A DNA stretch of 64,000 nt from an uncultured delta proteobacterium (GCA_963745025.1 CAVUWD010000016.1:544001-608000); one strand, 5' to 3'; counted from the first letter of the stretch, positions 1 through 10,828 are shown. A program made the numbers and translations. The notes: generated by a model not told the origin, from the sequence alone.

Positions 1-1718
1 GTTTTAGCGGATGAATTTCGTAGATCCTTGACGACCAACTGGAGCCGGTCGTAGCCGTCCCAGCGGCTGATCTCCGGGCTAAAGACGAGGTCGATGGACG
101 TGCCGGCCGCCGGCTGTTGGTCCGCTCTGCCGAATGCGATCGCGTCGAGAGTTCTCCGGGCTCCACCGCCTCGCAAGCCGAGCTTGAGGTGGCGCTCGCC
201 GACGATTCGGCTCGTGACGACCTCCAGCCCCTCAGCGAGAAACAACGGACGCGGGTTCGCTTGCCCGCAGGGCTCGAGCTTTTCGAGGTCTTCCATCGTC
301 TCCGGGCCCAAATCCTCGGGGTCGAGTCGCGCGTCGACGAGAAGCTCGGGAACGAATCCCGCCTCCGGTGTCGTCGTCGCGATGGCGTCCTCGAATCGAT
401 CGGCAAACTCCTTCAGGCGCTCGGTGCGGATCGTCATGCCGGCCGCCATGCGATGACCGCCGTAGCGCTCGAGCATATCCCCGCAGCGGCGGAGCGCCTC
501 GAAGAGATGGACCGACGGGATTCCTCGTGCCGAGCCCCGCGCCACGTGGCCTTCGATGGCGAGTAGCACCACGGGTCGGAAATGACGCTCGACCACGCGA
601 GAAGCGACGATCCCGACGACGCCCGCGTGCCACCCCTCGGAGGCGAGCACGAAGCTTCGGCGCCGGTCGCGGTCCTCCATCGCGGCAATCATCCGCTCGG
701 CTTCCTCGACGATCGCTCCCTCGATGCCGCGTCGCTCGCGGTTCTGAGCGTCGAGCTCGCTCGCCAGTGGGCGGGCGACCGTCAGGTCGCGGCTGGTGAG
801 CAATTCCACCGCCCGGGTAGCATCTGCCAGCCGCCCGCTTGCGTTCAGGCGCGGCCCGAGGCGGAAGCCGAGGGTGTCGATCGTCACCTCCTCGACGCCG
901 CTCACCTCGAGGAGCGCCTGCAGTCCCGGCCGTTGGTTTCGGGCGATCTCTCGCAAGCCGTATTTCACCAGGACGCGATTCTCCTCGAGCAGGGGAACGA
1001 GATCGGCCACCGTACCGAGGGCAACCAGATCGAGATACCGCCTGAGGTCCGGTACGGCACCGCCCGTCTCGCGGAGCAGCATTCTCGTACCCATCAGCAG
1101 GTAGAAGACGACTCCCGCAGCGCTGAGGCCGGTGAACGGGAAGCCGGCGTCGGCGACGACTGGGTTGAGGACCGCCAGGGCGGGAGGCCGCACGGCCGGG
1201 TTCTGATGATGGTCGCAAACGATCAGCTCGAGACCGAGACGCCCCGCTTCGGCGATCTCCGGATGCGCCGCGGCGCCGCAGTCGGCGGTGATGACCAGCC
1301 GAGCCCCGCGTTCGCCGAGCTCGCGAAGCGCCGGCACCTTGAGCCCGTAGCCGTCGCGCATGCGGTGGGGAATGTGCAGCATCGGTTCGCACCCGAGCTC
1401 GCGCAGGAACAGCACGAGCTGCGTGCTCGCCGTGATTCCATCCACGTCGTAGTCGCCGTAAATCGCGATCCGCTCCCGGCGCCGTACGGCTTCGAGAATC
1501 CGACGCGCCGCCGTCTGCATGTCCCCGAAGAGCATCGGCGAGCGGAGACTTCGCGACAACGAGGCATCGAGGAAGTCCGCGGCGATCGCCGGCCCACGCA
1601 GACCGCGGTTCACGAGCAGCCGCGCCAGCAGAGGCCGGACGCCGAGCTCGCGCTCGAGCGCTCCCTCTGCGCCGGCGTCGGGCTCGATCAGCGACCAGCG
1701 GTTCGCCGTTCGCGCCAT
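1..1718 (-). CDS. recJ: Single-stranded-DNA-specific exonuclease RecJ (last codons run off the window start)
   Basis: Not in the ORF track because it has no stop in the window. Manual translation from ATG at 1718 gives MARTANRW...IAIYGDYDVDG...ITADCG...IVCDHH...LQLVVKDLR, which are DHH-family RecJ motifs. Lies next to secF. Confidence 0.95.
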   Translation of the reverse strand, partial: MARTANRWSLIEPDAGAEGALERELGVRPLLARLLVNRGLRGPAIAADFLDASLSRSLRSPMLFGDMQTAARRILEAVRRRERIAIYGDYDVDGITASTQLVLFLRELGCEPMLHIPHRMRDGYGLKVPALRELGERGARLVITADCGAAAHPEIAEAGRLGLELIVCDHHQNPAVRPPALAVLNPVVADAGFPFTGLSAAGVVFYLLMGTRMLLRETGGAVPDLRRYLDLVALGTVADLVPLLEENRVLVKYGLREIARNQRPGLQALLEVSGVEEVTIDTLGFRLGPRLNASGRLADATRAVELLTSRDLTVARPLASELDAQNRERRGIEGAIVEEAERMIAAMEDRDRRRSFVLASEGWHAGVVGIVASRVVERHFRPVVLLAIEGHVARGSARGIPSVHLFEALRRCGDMLERYGGHRMAAGMTIRTERLKEFADRFEDAIATTTPEAGFVPELLVDARLDPEDLGPETMEDLEKLEPCGQANPRPLFLAEGLEVVTSRIVGERHLKLGLRGGGARRTLDAIAFGRADQQPAAGTSIDLVFSPEISRWDGYDRLQLVVKDLRNSSAK

Positions 1719-1734
1719 CGAGCCTGTACGACGC

Positions 1735-2661
1735 CTACGCTGCGGCCTTGGCCCGCGGGCGCGGCTTGAAGTCCATGTAGAGCACGATCGGGCTCGCGAC
1801 GTAGATCGAGGAGTAGGTGCCCACGATGACGCCGACGAGAAGCGTAAAGGCGAAGCCGTGGATGATCTCGCCACCGAGGAAAAAGAGCGCGAGGACCACG
1901 AGCAGCACGGTGCCGCCCGTGAGGATCGTTCGGCTGAGTGTTTCGTTGATACTGCGGTTCATGACCGAGGCCAGCGGCTCGCGACGATTTTTCCGCATGT
2001 TCTCGCGGATTCGGTCGGACACGATCACGGTATCGTTCACGGAATAGCCGACGATCGTCAGCAGTGCCGCCACCGTGGTCAGGTCGAACTCCATCCGCAT
2101 GAACGAGAGCGCGCCGACCGCTACCATGACATCGTGTAGGAGGGCGACCGCGGCACCGATCCCGAATCGCGGCTCGAAACGCACGGCGATGTAGACTCCC
2201 ATCACCATCGTGGCGGCCAGAACGGCGAGCACCGCCCGCTGCCGGAGATCTTTCCCGACACGCGGGCCGACGCTTTCTACCCGCAGCACCTCGAAGTCGC
2301 TCTTCCCCTTGAAGCGCTCGCCGAGGGCGTTGCCGACCTGCTGCGGCAGCCCCCGCTTGAGCTCCGGATCGGATTCGAGCATCCGGACGATGAACTCGTT
2401 CGACCGTCCGCCGCCGAAGTCCTGCACGGTCACGTCCTTGGCGGAGATGCTCTCCACGGCGGAGCGGATGTCGGTGATCGAGACCGACTGCTGGAACTTC
2501 ACCTGCACCAGCGTGCCGCCCGCAAAGTCGATACCGTAGTTCACCCCGCGAAGAAACAGGGAGACGACGCCGAGCAAGATGACCACGATCGACGCGGTGA
2601 CGGCGTAGAAGCGGTAGCCGACGAAGTCGATGTTGGTTCCCGGTTTGATGAGCTCGAACAT
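1735..2661 (-). CDS. secF: Protein translocase subunit SecF
   Basis: GIDFAGG, VESVGPRVG, GYSVNDTVIVSDRIREN and SINETLSRT motifs; secD-secF synteny. Confidence 0.97.
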   Translation of the reverse strand: MFELIKPGTNIDFVGYRFYAVTASIVVILLGVVSLFLRGVNYGIDFAGGTLVQVKFQQSVSITDIRSAVESISAKDVTVQDFGGGRSNEFIVRMLESDPELKRGLPQQVGNALGERFKGKSDFEVLRVESVGPRVGKDLRQRAVLAVLAATMVMGVYIAVRFEPRFGIGAAVALLHDVMVAVGALSFMRMEFDLTTVAALLTIVGYSVNDTVIVSDRIRENMRKNRREPLASVMNRSINETLSRTILTGGTVLLVVLALFFLGGEIIHGFAFTLLVGVIVGTYSSIYVASPIVLYMDFKPRPRAKAAA

Positions 2662-2672
2662 GCGGCGTGCCC

Positions 2673-4331
2673 TTAGATGGAGACAGTACGGATCTTGTAA
2701 ACTTGAACGCGAATGTCGTGCCAGACCCGTGTGCAGAAATACGCCGTGAAGATCGTAGTCACGAGCCCGATGCAGAGCATGACCGCGAAACCCTTCACCG
2801 GTCCGGAGCCGAACTGGAACAGGATCAATCCCGACAGAAACGTCGTCACGTGGGTGTCGACGATCGCCGGGAACGCACGCTCGTAGCCCGCCTCGACTGC
2901 GCCGCGGACCGTCTTGCCCGCGCGGAGCTCCTCGCGGATCCGTTCGTTGATCAGCACGTTCGCATCCACGGCCATGCCCATGGTGAGCACGATGCCGGCG
3001 ATGCCCGGCAACGTGAGCGTCGCGCCGAACGCCGCGAGCCCGGCGAGCATGTAGGCGACGTTGATCAGCATCGCGGCGTCCGCGAGCAGTCCGGCCCCTC
3101 GATAGTAGATCGCCATGAACACGACGACCAATCCGCCTCCGACCGCGAAAGAAAGCATCCCCTGATGGATCGAGTCACGGCCGAGGGATGGGCCCACGGT
3201 ACGCTCTTCGGCGATGGTCACCGGAGCCGGTAACGCCCCGGCCCGGAGCACGATCGTGAGATCGCGCGCTTCGCGAATGTCGAAGCTGCCAGTGATGATC
3301 GCGCGACCTCCGCCGATCCGTTCCTGGATGCGCGGCGCGGAGTACACCGTGTTGTCGAGCACGATCGCCATCCGGCGGCCCACGTTCTTCGAGGTGATGT
3401 CCTCGAAGAGATTCGCTCCGCGCGCATTGAACGTGAGCTCGACGAGGTAGTTGCCCGGCACGTTCGTGTCGGGCCGCGGCCGAGCGTCGGCGATCACCTC
3501 GCCGGTCATCAACGTCTTCTTCTCGACCAGATAGGCGATCGGCCGACTGTGCCCCGACAGCGGCTCGGTCTCCATGCCGCAGAGCACCTCCAGCCCGCCG
3601 CCCGCTCGGCTGCTCGCACGCGCGAGCGCTTGGCCGCGTTCCGGATCACGCAGCCGGCAAGGATCTTCACCGCCGAGCACGCTCTCCACGGTCTTGCTCT
3701 CGGCGAGGATCTTGAATTCGAGGATCGCCGTCTTGCCGATGATCCCCTTGGCGCGCTCGGGATCGGTCTCTCCCGGCAGCTGGACGAGAATCGAATCCGT
3801 TCCACTGCGCTGGATGATCGGCTCGGAGAGACCGAGCTGGTCGATGCGGTTGCGCACGGTCTCGAGCGATTGCTCGACCGCGAACTCCTGGATGCGCTCG
3901 ATCTCCTTCGACGTCAACGTGTACTTGAGTTGCCCTGCGGGTACGTCGGCGGTGACCCGCTGATAGGTGGGAAAGCGATCCTTCATGATCCCGGCGACCT
4001 GGTCGGCTTTCCCGTCCTCGGCGAGCTGGACGTCGATCGCCCGGCTTTGGTCACGGGCAATTCCCGCAACCGGCACGTGCGCGCTCTGAAGCTCGCGTTT
4101 GAGATCTTCGACGGTGCGCTCGACGCTGAACTCGAGCGCTTTCTCGGTCTGCACCTCGAGCACTAGATGCATGCCGCCCTGCAGATCGAGACCGAGGCGG
4201 ATCGCTTGATCCGGCAGGACGGACTTCCACCACGATGGCAGCGCGCTCACCAGCGACGGGAGGAGATAGATCGCGGCGGCAAAGGTCACCGCGGCCACGA
4301 TCAGCGTCCGATAGAGGAGGTTGCGGTTCAT
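2673..4331 (-). CDS. secD: Protein translocase subunit SecD
   Basis: LGLDLQGG, LRAGALPAP, RTVGPSLG and GMAVDANVLINERIREE motifs. Confidence 0.97.
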   Translation of the reverse strand: MNRNLLYRTLIVAAVTFAAAIYLLPSLVSALPSWWKSVLPDQAIRLGLDLQGGMHLVLEVQTEKALEFSVERTVEDLKRELQSAHVPVAGIARDQSRAIDVQLAEDGKADQVAGIMKDRFPTYQRVTADVPAGQLKYTLTSKEIERIQEFAVEQSLETVRNRIDQLGLSEPIIQRSGTDSILVQLPGETDPERAKGIIGKTAILEFKILAESKTVESVLGGEDPCRLRDPERGQALARASSRAGGGLEVLCGMETEPLSGHSRPIAYLVEKKTLMTGEVIADARPRPDTNVPGNYLVELTFNARGANLFEDITSKNVGRRMAIVLDNTVYSAPRIQERIGGGRAIITGSFDIREARDLTIVLRAGALPAPVTIAEERTVGPSLGRDSIHQGMLSFAVGGGLVVVFMAIYYRGAGLLADAAMLINVAYMLAGLAAFGATLTLPGIAGIVLTMGMAVDANVLINERIREELRAGKTVRGAVEAGYERAFPAIVDTHVTTFLSGLILFQFGSGPVKGFAVMLCIGLVTTIFTAYFCTRVWHDIRVQVYKIRTVSI

Positions 4332-4666
4332 GATCCGCTGCTTTCCTTTTCCTCCGCCTTGGCAGGTCGCGCGGCCAACGGCTCGATGCTCTTGCGGTCC
4401 ACACGCACGCGGACGTTCGGAGCGATCTCGACCGAGATCACCGCTCCCTTGATGTCGACGACGCGCCCGTAGAGTCCGCCCGCCGCGAGCACCTCCTCGC
4501 CCTTCTTCAGCTTGCTGCGGAAATCATCCTTCTGGCGCTCTTTCGTCTGCTGCGGGCGGATCACCAGGAAGTAGAAGATGGCGAAGATCGCCGTCATCAT
4601 CACCGCCGGCCCGAAGGCCGAGGGTCCATCCCCACCCCCCAACTGGGCGAGTACCAGCTGATTCAT
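4328..4666 (-). CDS. yajC: Preprotein translocase subunit YajC
   Basis: IFYFLVIRPQQ...LKKGEEVLAAGGLYGRV; located between tgt and secD. Confidence 0.95.
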   Translation of the reverse strand: MNQLVLAQLGGGDGPSAFGPAVMMTAIFAIFYFLVIRPQQTKERQKDDFRSKLKKGEEVLAAGGLYGRVVDIKGAVISVEIAPNVRVRVDRKSIEPLAARPAKAEEKESSGS

Positions 4667-5796
4667 TCTCCCTCCTCACCCTCCCCCGACAGGTCGACGA
4701 GTATCCGCGATGTGTATTCCGGAAACCGCTCCTGCTCAAGTGCTCGGCGCATGTCGCCGAGCAGCTTCAGATAGAAGGCGAGATTATGAACCGTGTTGAG
4801 CACGGCCGAGAGGATTTCTCCGGCGACGGCCAAATGACGCAGATAGGCGCGGCTGAAGCGCCGGCAAACGGGACAGTCGCAGCGTGAATCGATGGGTGCG
4901 GGGTCGCGTGCGAAACGGGCGTTGCGGATGTTCAATCGGCCGATCGACGTGAAGAGCGTCCCGTTCCTCGCGTTGCGAGTCGGCAGCACGCAATCGAAGA
5001 GATCGTAACCCATCGACACCAGCCGGACGAGATCCTCGGGGGTCCCGGCTCCCATCAGATAGCGCGGCCGCTCGAACGGCAGGCGATCGATGGTCGTCGA
5101 AGCGACTTCGTAGAAGAGCGGGCGCGGCTCGCCGACCGACAAGCCGCCGACGGCGTAGCCGGGCAGATCGAGGCCAACCGCGAGCTCCGCGCTCCGTGCC
5201 CGAAGATTCTCGAACACGCCGCCTTGGACGATGCCGAAGAGCGCCCCCTCGCTCGTCCAAGCGGCTCGAGAGCGACCGAGCCAGCGGGCGGTGCGCGAAA
5301 CGGATTCCTCGACGCGACCCTGCTCGGAGGGATACGGCGGGCAGTCATCGAGCGGCATCAAGATGTCGACGCCGAGCGCCTCCTCGATCTCGACTACCCG
5401 AGCCGGGGTCAAGTCGTGGATCGAGCCATCGAGATGAGAGCGGATGCGCACGCCTTCGTCGCCGAGCCGCACGAGCCCTGCGAGGCTGAAGATCTGGAAT
5501 CCACCGCTGTCCGTGAGCACCGGCCCGTCCCAACCCATGAACTTGGAGAGGCCCCCGAGCTCTCGGATCACGTCCGCACCAGGCCGAAGAAACAGGTGAT
5601 ATGCGTTGGCGAGCACGATCTCGGCACCGAGGCGGCGCAGCTCGTCCGGCGTGATCCCCTTCACCGCCCCGACCGTCGCGACCGGCATGAACGCGGGCGT
5701 CTGCACGGTGCCTCGTGCGGTCACGATGCGGCCACTCCGCGCTCGGCTTTCCACGTCCCGCCGAAGCATCTCGAAACGAAACGGCCGCTCGGTCAT
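4663..5796 (-). CDS. tgt: tRNA-guanine transglycosylase
   Basis: TPAFMPV, LTDSGGFQ, FDCVLPTRNARNG and Zn site CDCPVC. Confidence 0.97.
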   Translation of the reverse strand: MTERPFRFEMLRRDVESRARSGRIVTARGTVQTPAFMPVATVGAVKGITPDELRRLGAEIVLANAYHLFLRPGADVIRELGGLSKFMGWDGPVLTDSGGFQIFSLAGLVRLGDEGVRIRSHLDGSIHDLTPARVVEIEEALGVDILMPLDDCPPYPSEQGRVEESVSRTARWLGRSRAAWTSEGALFGIVQGGVFENLRARSAELAVGLDLPGYAVGGLSVGEPRPLFYEVASTTIDRLPFERPRYLMGAGTPEDLVRLVSMGYDLFDCVLPTRNARNGTLFTSIGRLNIRNARFARDPAPIDSRCDCPVCRRFSRAYLRHLAVAGEILSAVLNTVHNLAFYLKLLGDMRRALEQERFPEYTSRILVDLSGEGEEGE

Positions 5797-6830
5797 ACGA
5801 TCAGCATGGCGTCGCCGTAGCTGTAGAAACGATAGCGCTCGGCGACTGCTTCGCGGTAGGCATCGAGCACGAGCTCCTTGCCCGCGAACGCCGCCACGAG
5901 CATGAGCAGCGTCGAGCGCGGCAGATGGAAGTTCGTGATCAGCGCATCCACCACGTGGAAGCGAAAGCCCGGTACGATGAAAGCGTCGACTTCCGTCGAG
6001 CGCGCCCGAGGCGCGAGATCACCGAGTGCCCCCTCGAGAGCACGTACGGTCGTCGTACCCACGGCAATCACGCGGCGACCCTCTCGCTTGGCGGCTGCCA
6101 CTGCCTGCGCGGCTTGCACGGGGATCTCCACGCGCTCCGCCGCCATCCGATGCTCCTCGATCCGCTGGCCGCGGATCGGCAAGAACGTTCCCGGCCCGAC
6201 GTGAAGCGTCAGACTGACGACCTCGATACCATCGCGACCGAGCCCGTCGAGCATCGCCTCGGTGAAATGCAGTCCCGCGGTAGGGGCGGCCACCGCACCG
6301 AGCGCGCGGGCGTAGACCGTCTGATACGCGACGACGTCCTCTTCTCGCGGCGCTCGCCGAATGTAAGGCGGTAGCGGCACTTCGCCGATCTCTTCGAGCA
6401 ACGTGGCGATGGCGCGCGGCGCATCGAGACGGACGCGCCGGACGCCGTCGTCATCACCGTCGTCGAGCCAGGTCGCGACGATTCCGCCCTGGAGCTTCGC
6501 CGAGCTTCCGCGGCGCAGCCGACGTCCCGGCCGGGCGAGACAACACCATACTTCTCCGCCTTCGGCCTCACCCTCCGAACAAAGCAGCAGCAGCTCGACG
6601 TCGCCACCGCCTTCGCGCTTCCCCCGCAGACGCGCACGCATCACCCGCGTGTCGTTCCGAACGACAAGATCCCCCGCGGTGAGCCACTGCGGAAGCAGGC
6701 GAAACTCGGAATGCGTCCAGGTCCCGCGCGTGCGATCGAGGACCATCAGCCGCGACGCGCCACGTTCTCGGGGAGGAAACTGCGCGATCCGATCAACGGG
6801 CAGGTCGTAGTCGAACTCCTCGACGCGCAT
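5793..6830 (-). CDS. queA: SAM:tRNA ribosyltransferase-isomerase QueA
   Basis: FDYDLP..IAQ, PLPPYI, AAPTAGLHF, TNFHLPRSTL and YRFYSYGDAM. Confidence 0.97.
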   Translation of the reverse strand: MRVEEFDYDLPVDRIAQFPPRERGASRLMVLDRTRGTWTHSEFRLLPQWLTAGDLVVRNDTRVMRARLRGKREGGGDVELLLLCSEGEAEGGEVWCCLARPGRRLRRGSSAKLQGGIVATWLDDGDDDGVRRVRLDAPRAIATLLEEIGEVPLPPYIRRAPREEDVVAYQTVYARALGAVAAPTAGLHFTEAMLDGLGRDGIEVVSLTLHVGPGTFLPIRGQRIEEHRMAAERVEIPVQAAQAVAAAKREGRRVIAVGTTTVRALEGALGDLAPRARSTEVDAFIVPGFRFHVVDALITNFHLPRSTLLMLVAAFAGKELVLDAYREAVAERYRFYSYGDAMLIV

Positions 6831-6849
6831 GAAACCGACGAAGCCGCCC

Positions 6850-7602
6850 TCAGTCCCTGGCCTTCGGACTGCTCTTCGGCAGCGGTAGGCCGAGCTCCTG
6901 CATGACGGCCTGTATGTCCTCCCAGACGAGCTTCTTGTCGGCTGGATTGCGCAGCAGGTACGAGGGATGAAACGTGGGCATCAGGCGTCGGCCCCGAAAC
7001 GAAAACCAGCGGCCGCGTAGCTTGCTGATGGGGGTAGCGGTTTCGAGCAGCATCTGCGCGGCGAACTTGCCGAGCGCGACGACCACCTTGGGATCGACCG
7101 TGTCGATCTGCGCGAGCAGGAACGGCTGGCAGGCCGCGATCTCATCGGGCTCGGGATTGCGGTTCCCCGGCGGTCGGCATTTGACGACGTTGGCGATGTA
7201 GACGTCGCTGCGGCGAAGTCCCATACCCTTGGTGATGATCTCCGTCAGCAGCTGGCCGGCCCGGCCGACGAACGGCTCGCCCTGGCGGTCCTCCTCCTCT
7301 CCCGGTCCTTCGCCGATGAACATGAGCGCGGCGCCCGGGTTCCCCACGCCGAACACGATCTGCGTCCGCCGCTCGCAGAGCTTGCAGCGGCGGCAGTCGC
7401 CGAGCTGCTCGCGCACCGCGGCGAGCGCGGTGCCACCCGTGGCCGCGGCGGGCGCTTGCGGCGAGACTTCGATAGACGTTGGCCGCACGAAGCGCTGCCC
7501 CCGAGGAAAGCCGTCGACAAACGCGTCGCGTGCGTCCTCCACCCAGGCGCGGAAGCCGCCGATCACTGCGCGTAGTCTCTCTTGTCGGGTGATGTCCGCC
7601 AA
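6850..7602 (-). CDS. Uracil-DNA glycosylase family 4 (Fe-S)
   Basis: [30 protein letters not shown] and TFHPSYLLR. Start uncertain (TTG 7602 or GTG 7566); the track start at 7713 overlaps the divergent gene. Confidence 0.9.
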   Translation of the reverse strand: MADITRQERLRAVIGGFRAWVEDARDAFVDGFPRGQRFVRPTSIEVSPQAPAAATGGTALAAVREQLGDCRRCKLCERRTQIVFGVGNPGAALMFIGEGPGEEEDRQGEPFVGRAGQLLTEIITKGMGLRRSDVYIANVVKCRPPGNRNPEPDEIAACQPFLLAQIDTVDPKVVVALGKFAAQMLLETATPISKLRGRWFSFRGRRLMPTFHPSYLLRNPADKKLVWEDIQAVMQELGLPLPKSSPKARD

Positions 7603-7620
7603 TATAGCTTCGGATCCAGG

Positions 7621-8514
7621 ATGCCTTGGCTTGCGCTCGTCGGCGCTGCCGTGATCCTTCTCGCTCTTCCGGACTCCGCTTGGGCGTGGGGTCCCGTCAC
7701 GCACCTCTATCACGGCGCCGAGGCGTTGCGGGACCTTACCAACCTCCCGGCAACGCTACAACGACTGCTCGGCGAGTACCGTTGGGAATACCTCTACGGT
7801 ACGATCGCCGCCGACATCGTCCAAGTGAAGCGCTACACGCGGTCGATGTACACCCACTGTCATAGCTGGCGCGTGGGTTGGAAGATGCTCGGTGCGGCGA
7901 CCGCACCTCCGGAGAGAGCGTTCGCCTACGGGTACCTGTCGCACCTCTGCTCGGATACGTATTCGCACAACTATTTCGTTCCGACCCAGCTGGTAACGAG
8001 CTTCCCGAGCGCCGCCCGGCGTCACGTCTACTGGGAGGCGCGCTTCGACGCGCAGCTAGAGGACGCGCACCGCGACCTGCTTCGCGGCGTCTCCAACCGC
8101 GACTTTTCCGAATGCGACGCGCTGGTCGAGCGCGTGGTGGGAAAGACCCTCTTCTCGTTTCGCACGAACAAGCGGATCTTCGAGTCGATGGTGACGCTCC
8201 AGCATCTCCGCCGCTGGCAGGCGACGCTGCGCCGGATCACCGCACGCTCTCGCTTCTCGCTGGCGGATAGCGAGATGAATCGTTACAACAGCCTGTGTAT
8301 CGTCGCGATCCGGGATCTGCTGAAGCACGGCGAGCAGGCGACGGTGTTGCGCTACGATCCGAACGGCCACGAGAGCCTGCGGCGCGCCAAGGAGATCCGT
8401 CGCAAGCTCCGCGAGCTGCGTCGTCGCCGCGTACCGATCGAAGACATCCGGCGGCGCTTTCTCGAAGCGTTCGACGAGGCGCGCCGCGAAGGTTGCGTGC
8501 CGGAGCGCGGCTAG
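7621..8514 (+). CDS. Zinc-dependent phospholipase C / S1-P1-like family protein with signal peptide
   Basis: Hydrophobic signal ending AWA, then mature W-G-P-V-T-H (N-terminal Trp/His Zn ligands), [13 protein letters not shown] and HVYWE. Confidence 0.8.
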   Translation: MPWLALVGAAVILLALPDSAWAWGPVTHLYHGAEALRDLTNLPATLQRLLGEYRWEYLYGTIAADIVQVKRYTRSMYTHCHSWRVGWKMLGAATAPPERAFAYGYLSHLCSDTYSHNYFVPTQLVTSFPSAARRHVYWEARFDAQLEDAHRDLLRGVSNRDFSECDALVERVVGKTLFSFRTNKRIFESMVTLQHLRRWQATLRRITARSRFSLADSEMNRYNSLCIVAIRDLLKHGEQATVLRYDPNGHESLRRAKEIRRKLRELRRRRVPIEDIRRRFLEAFDEARREGCVPERG

Positions 8515-8535
8515 TGTCCTGAGTCCGGACACTAG
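8511..8535. terminator. 9-bp hairpin between convergent genes, possible bidirectional terminator
   Basis: CTAGTGTCC-tgagtcc-GGACACTAG; each arm contains the TAG of one convergent gene; no U-tract. Confidence 0.4.
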
Positions 8536-9791
8536 GACTCCAGCCGTTCCCCCCGCGCTCGTCCTTCGGCTTTGCCGTTTCCACGGGGCCGTGCCTTGCG
8601 CACGGCGGCAACCCGGTCCATCAGCCGTTCGGCGACCTCTTCCTTGTCCAGCAGCGGCCAGCCTTCCGCCTCGCCCTCCGCGCCGATGAGCCATACGCGA
8701 TTGGTGTCGACGTCGAAGCCGGCATCGGCCTGGCTCACGTCGTTCAGCACGATCAGGTCGAGCCGCTTTTCGCGCAGTTTCCGTCGCGCGTGCTCGATGC
8801 CGTGCTCGGTCTCGGCAGCGAAACCGACGAGCAGGCGATCGGCCCGACGTCGCGCGCCGACCTCGGAGAGGATGTCGCTCGTTTGCTCGAGGGTCAGCGG
8901 CAGCACGCCGGTCGCCTTCTTGATCTTCTGACGAGCTGGGTTGGCTACGCGGTAGTCGGCGACCGCGGCCGTCATCACGATGACCGTGGCCCACGACTCG
9001 CGCCCGAGAACTGAGTCACGCATTTCGGCGGCCGTGGTCACCGGAACGCACTCGACTCCGGGCGGCGCATCGAGGCTCGTCGGCCCGGTCACGAGCACGA
9101 CCGAAGCGCCGCGACGCCATGCCGACGCTGCCACGGCGAAGCCCATCTTCCCCGAAGAGCGATTGGAGACGAAGCGCACCGGGTCGATCGCCTCGCGAGT
9201 CGGACCTGCGGTCACCAACACCCGCTCGCCCGCGAGCGTCTGGGGCGTGAGCGCGGCTTTAAGGCCTTCGACCAGCGCTGCCGCGGAGGCGAGGCGACCC
9301 GGCCCCTCGTATCCACAGGCGAGGAAACCTTCGTCTGGGTCGACGATCCGCATGCCGCGTTCGCGCAGTTGCGCCAGATTCGCCTGTACGGCGGGATTGC
9401 GGAGCATGTTCACGTTCATGGCCGGCGCGACGACGATCGGTGCACGCGTCGCAAGCGCGACCGTGCTGAGCAGATCGTCGGCGATTCCGTGAGCGAGCTT
9501 GCCGATCACGTTGGCGGTGGCGGGAGCGATCACCAGCACGTCGGCCGAATCGGCGAGCCGGATGTGGCCGATCTCGGACTCCTGCGTGAGGTCGAACGCG
9601 TCGGTGGCGACCGGGTGTCCGGAGAGGGTCTGCAAGGTGAGCGGCGTGATGAACTCCTGCGCGGCTCGGGTCATGATCACGCGAACTCGGACATTCTCCT
9701 TGACGAGGGTACGTACGAGCTCCGCGCCCTTGTAACAGGCGATGCCTCCGGAGAGTCCGATGACCACCGTCTTTTCGCTGAGTGTCGGCAT
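8532..9791 (-). CDS. coaBC: Phosphopantothenoylcysteine decarboxylase/ligase CoaBC
   Basis: GGIACYK, IAPATAN, APAMN, VTAGPTREAIDPVRFVSNRSSGKMG and LVGFAAET. Confidence 0.97.
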   Translation of the reverse strand: MPTLSEKTVVIGLSGGIACYKGAELVRTLVKENVRVRVIMTRAAQEFITPLTLQTLSGHPVATDAFDLTQESEIGHIRLADSADVLVIAPATANVIGKLAHGIADDLLSTVALATRAPIVVAPAMNVNMLRNPAVQANLAQLRERGMRIVDPDEGFLACGYEGPGRLASAAALVEGLKAALTPQTLAGERVLVTAGPTREAIDPVRFVSNRSSGKMGFAVAASAWRRGASVVLVTGPTSLDAPPGVECVPVTTAAEMRDSVLGRESWATVIVMTAAVADYRVANPARQKIKKATGVLPLTLEQTSDILSEVGARRRADRLLVGFAAETEHGIEHARRKLREKRLDLIVLNDVSQADAGFDVDTNRVWLIGAEGEAEGWPLLDKEEVAERLMDRVAAVRKARPRGNGKAEGRARGERLES

Positions 9792-10805
9792 CTACGGCCC
9801 ATCCGTGGACTCCGCGCCGGAGGCAGCGGAGGCCTCGGCGCGGATTTCCTTCAGGCTCAGATTCTCCCTGAGAAAGAAGTATAGACCAGGCAGAACGCTG
9901 CTGGCGAACTGCACGACGTGCTCGAGCACCGAATAACTGAAGGCGAGGCTCTTGGCGATCCCGTATACTCCGAGCGCCACCTCGCAGCCCACCTGGAACA
10001 TGCCGATGAATCCCGGTCCGCCCGGGACCGAGACCGCGATGGCGACGATCGCCGTCAGTGACAGTGCGCCGCGGACCCACGGCACCGGCAGATCGAAGGC
10101 CACGATCCCCAGGCCGAAGGCCCCCGCCACCCCAAGCCAGACCGCGAGCGAGTAGATCACGGCGAGCCCGATCGCCGCGGCGCTCTTCAGGCTGGCGAGT
10201 CCATCGGCGAACTGGTGGGCTGCTCGCAGCAACGGGGCGGAGATCTGCACCGGGAACGGCTGCAGGACCAGCTCGAGCACGGCGACGGTTCGGGAAGGAA
10301 GCCGCTGTAGCGCCACCAACAGGGCGAGAAATACGGCGAAGGTGGCGAGAAAGAACCAGCCGTATCGCTTCCACTCCGGTGGCAGCGGCAGCGTGAGCGT
10401 CGCCACACCGAAGAAGAGGAGCAGCACCGCCATGTCGAAGAGTCGCTCGACCGCCACCGTCGCCATCGTCGGCGCGAGCGGCAAATTCTCCTTCCGCGCG
10501 AGGAGCCAGGGGCGGAGCACTTCGCCCGCGCGGAGCGGGAGCAGCATGTTGGCGGCGAATCCCATCGCGGTCGCGGAGAACAGGGATTGCGGACTCACCT
10601 TGGCCATCGGTCGGAGCAGCACGCCCCAGCGCAGCGCCCGGAAATAGAGCGACACGACCCCGACGACGAAGATCAACGGCACGTATGCGACGTGCGCCGC
10701 GCCGAGCGCCGCCGCGGTCTCCTGCCACGAAACCCCGCGGACCGCGATCCACAGGAAGACGCCGGAGAGCCCGAGGCTCAGGGCGATGCGCAGGAAGTGT
10801 TTCAC
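9792..10805 (-). CDS. LPG-synthase-TM / UPF0104 flippase-like membrane protein
   Basis: GTG start VKHFLRIALS; RALRW, GFAANMLLPLRAGEVLR, VERLFD and PGGPGFIG; multiple TM helices. The 5' extension in the track overlaps ino1 and is spurious. Confidence 0.85.
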   Translation of the reverse strand: MKHFLRIALSLGLSGVFLWIAVRGVSWQETAAALGAAHVAYVPLIFVVGVVSLYFRALRWGVLLRPMAKVSPQSLFSATAMGFAANMLLPLRAGEVLRPWLLARKENLPLAPTMATVAVERLFDMAVLLLFFGVATLTLPLPPEWKRYGWFFLATFAVFLALLVALQRLPSRTVAVLELVLQPFPVQISAPLLRAAHQFADGLASLKSAAAIGLAVIYSLAVWLGVAGAFGLGIVAFDLPVPWVRGALSLTAIVAIAVSVPGGPGFIGMFQVGCEVALGVYGIAKSLAFSYSVLEHVVQFASSVLPGLYFFLRENLSLKEIRAEASAASGAESTDGP

Positions 10806-10828
10806 GCCCAAGGAAATCGGGGCGTCGC

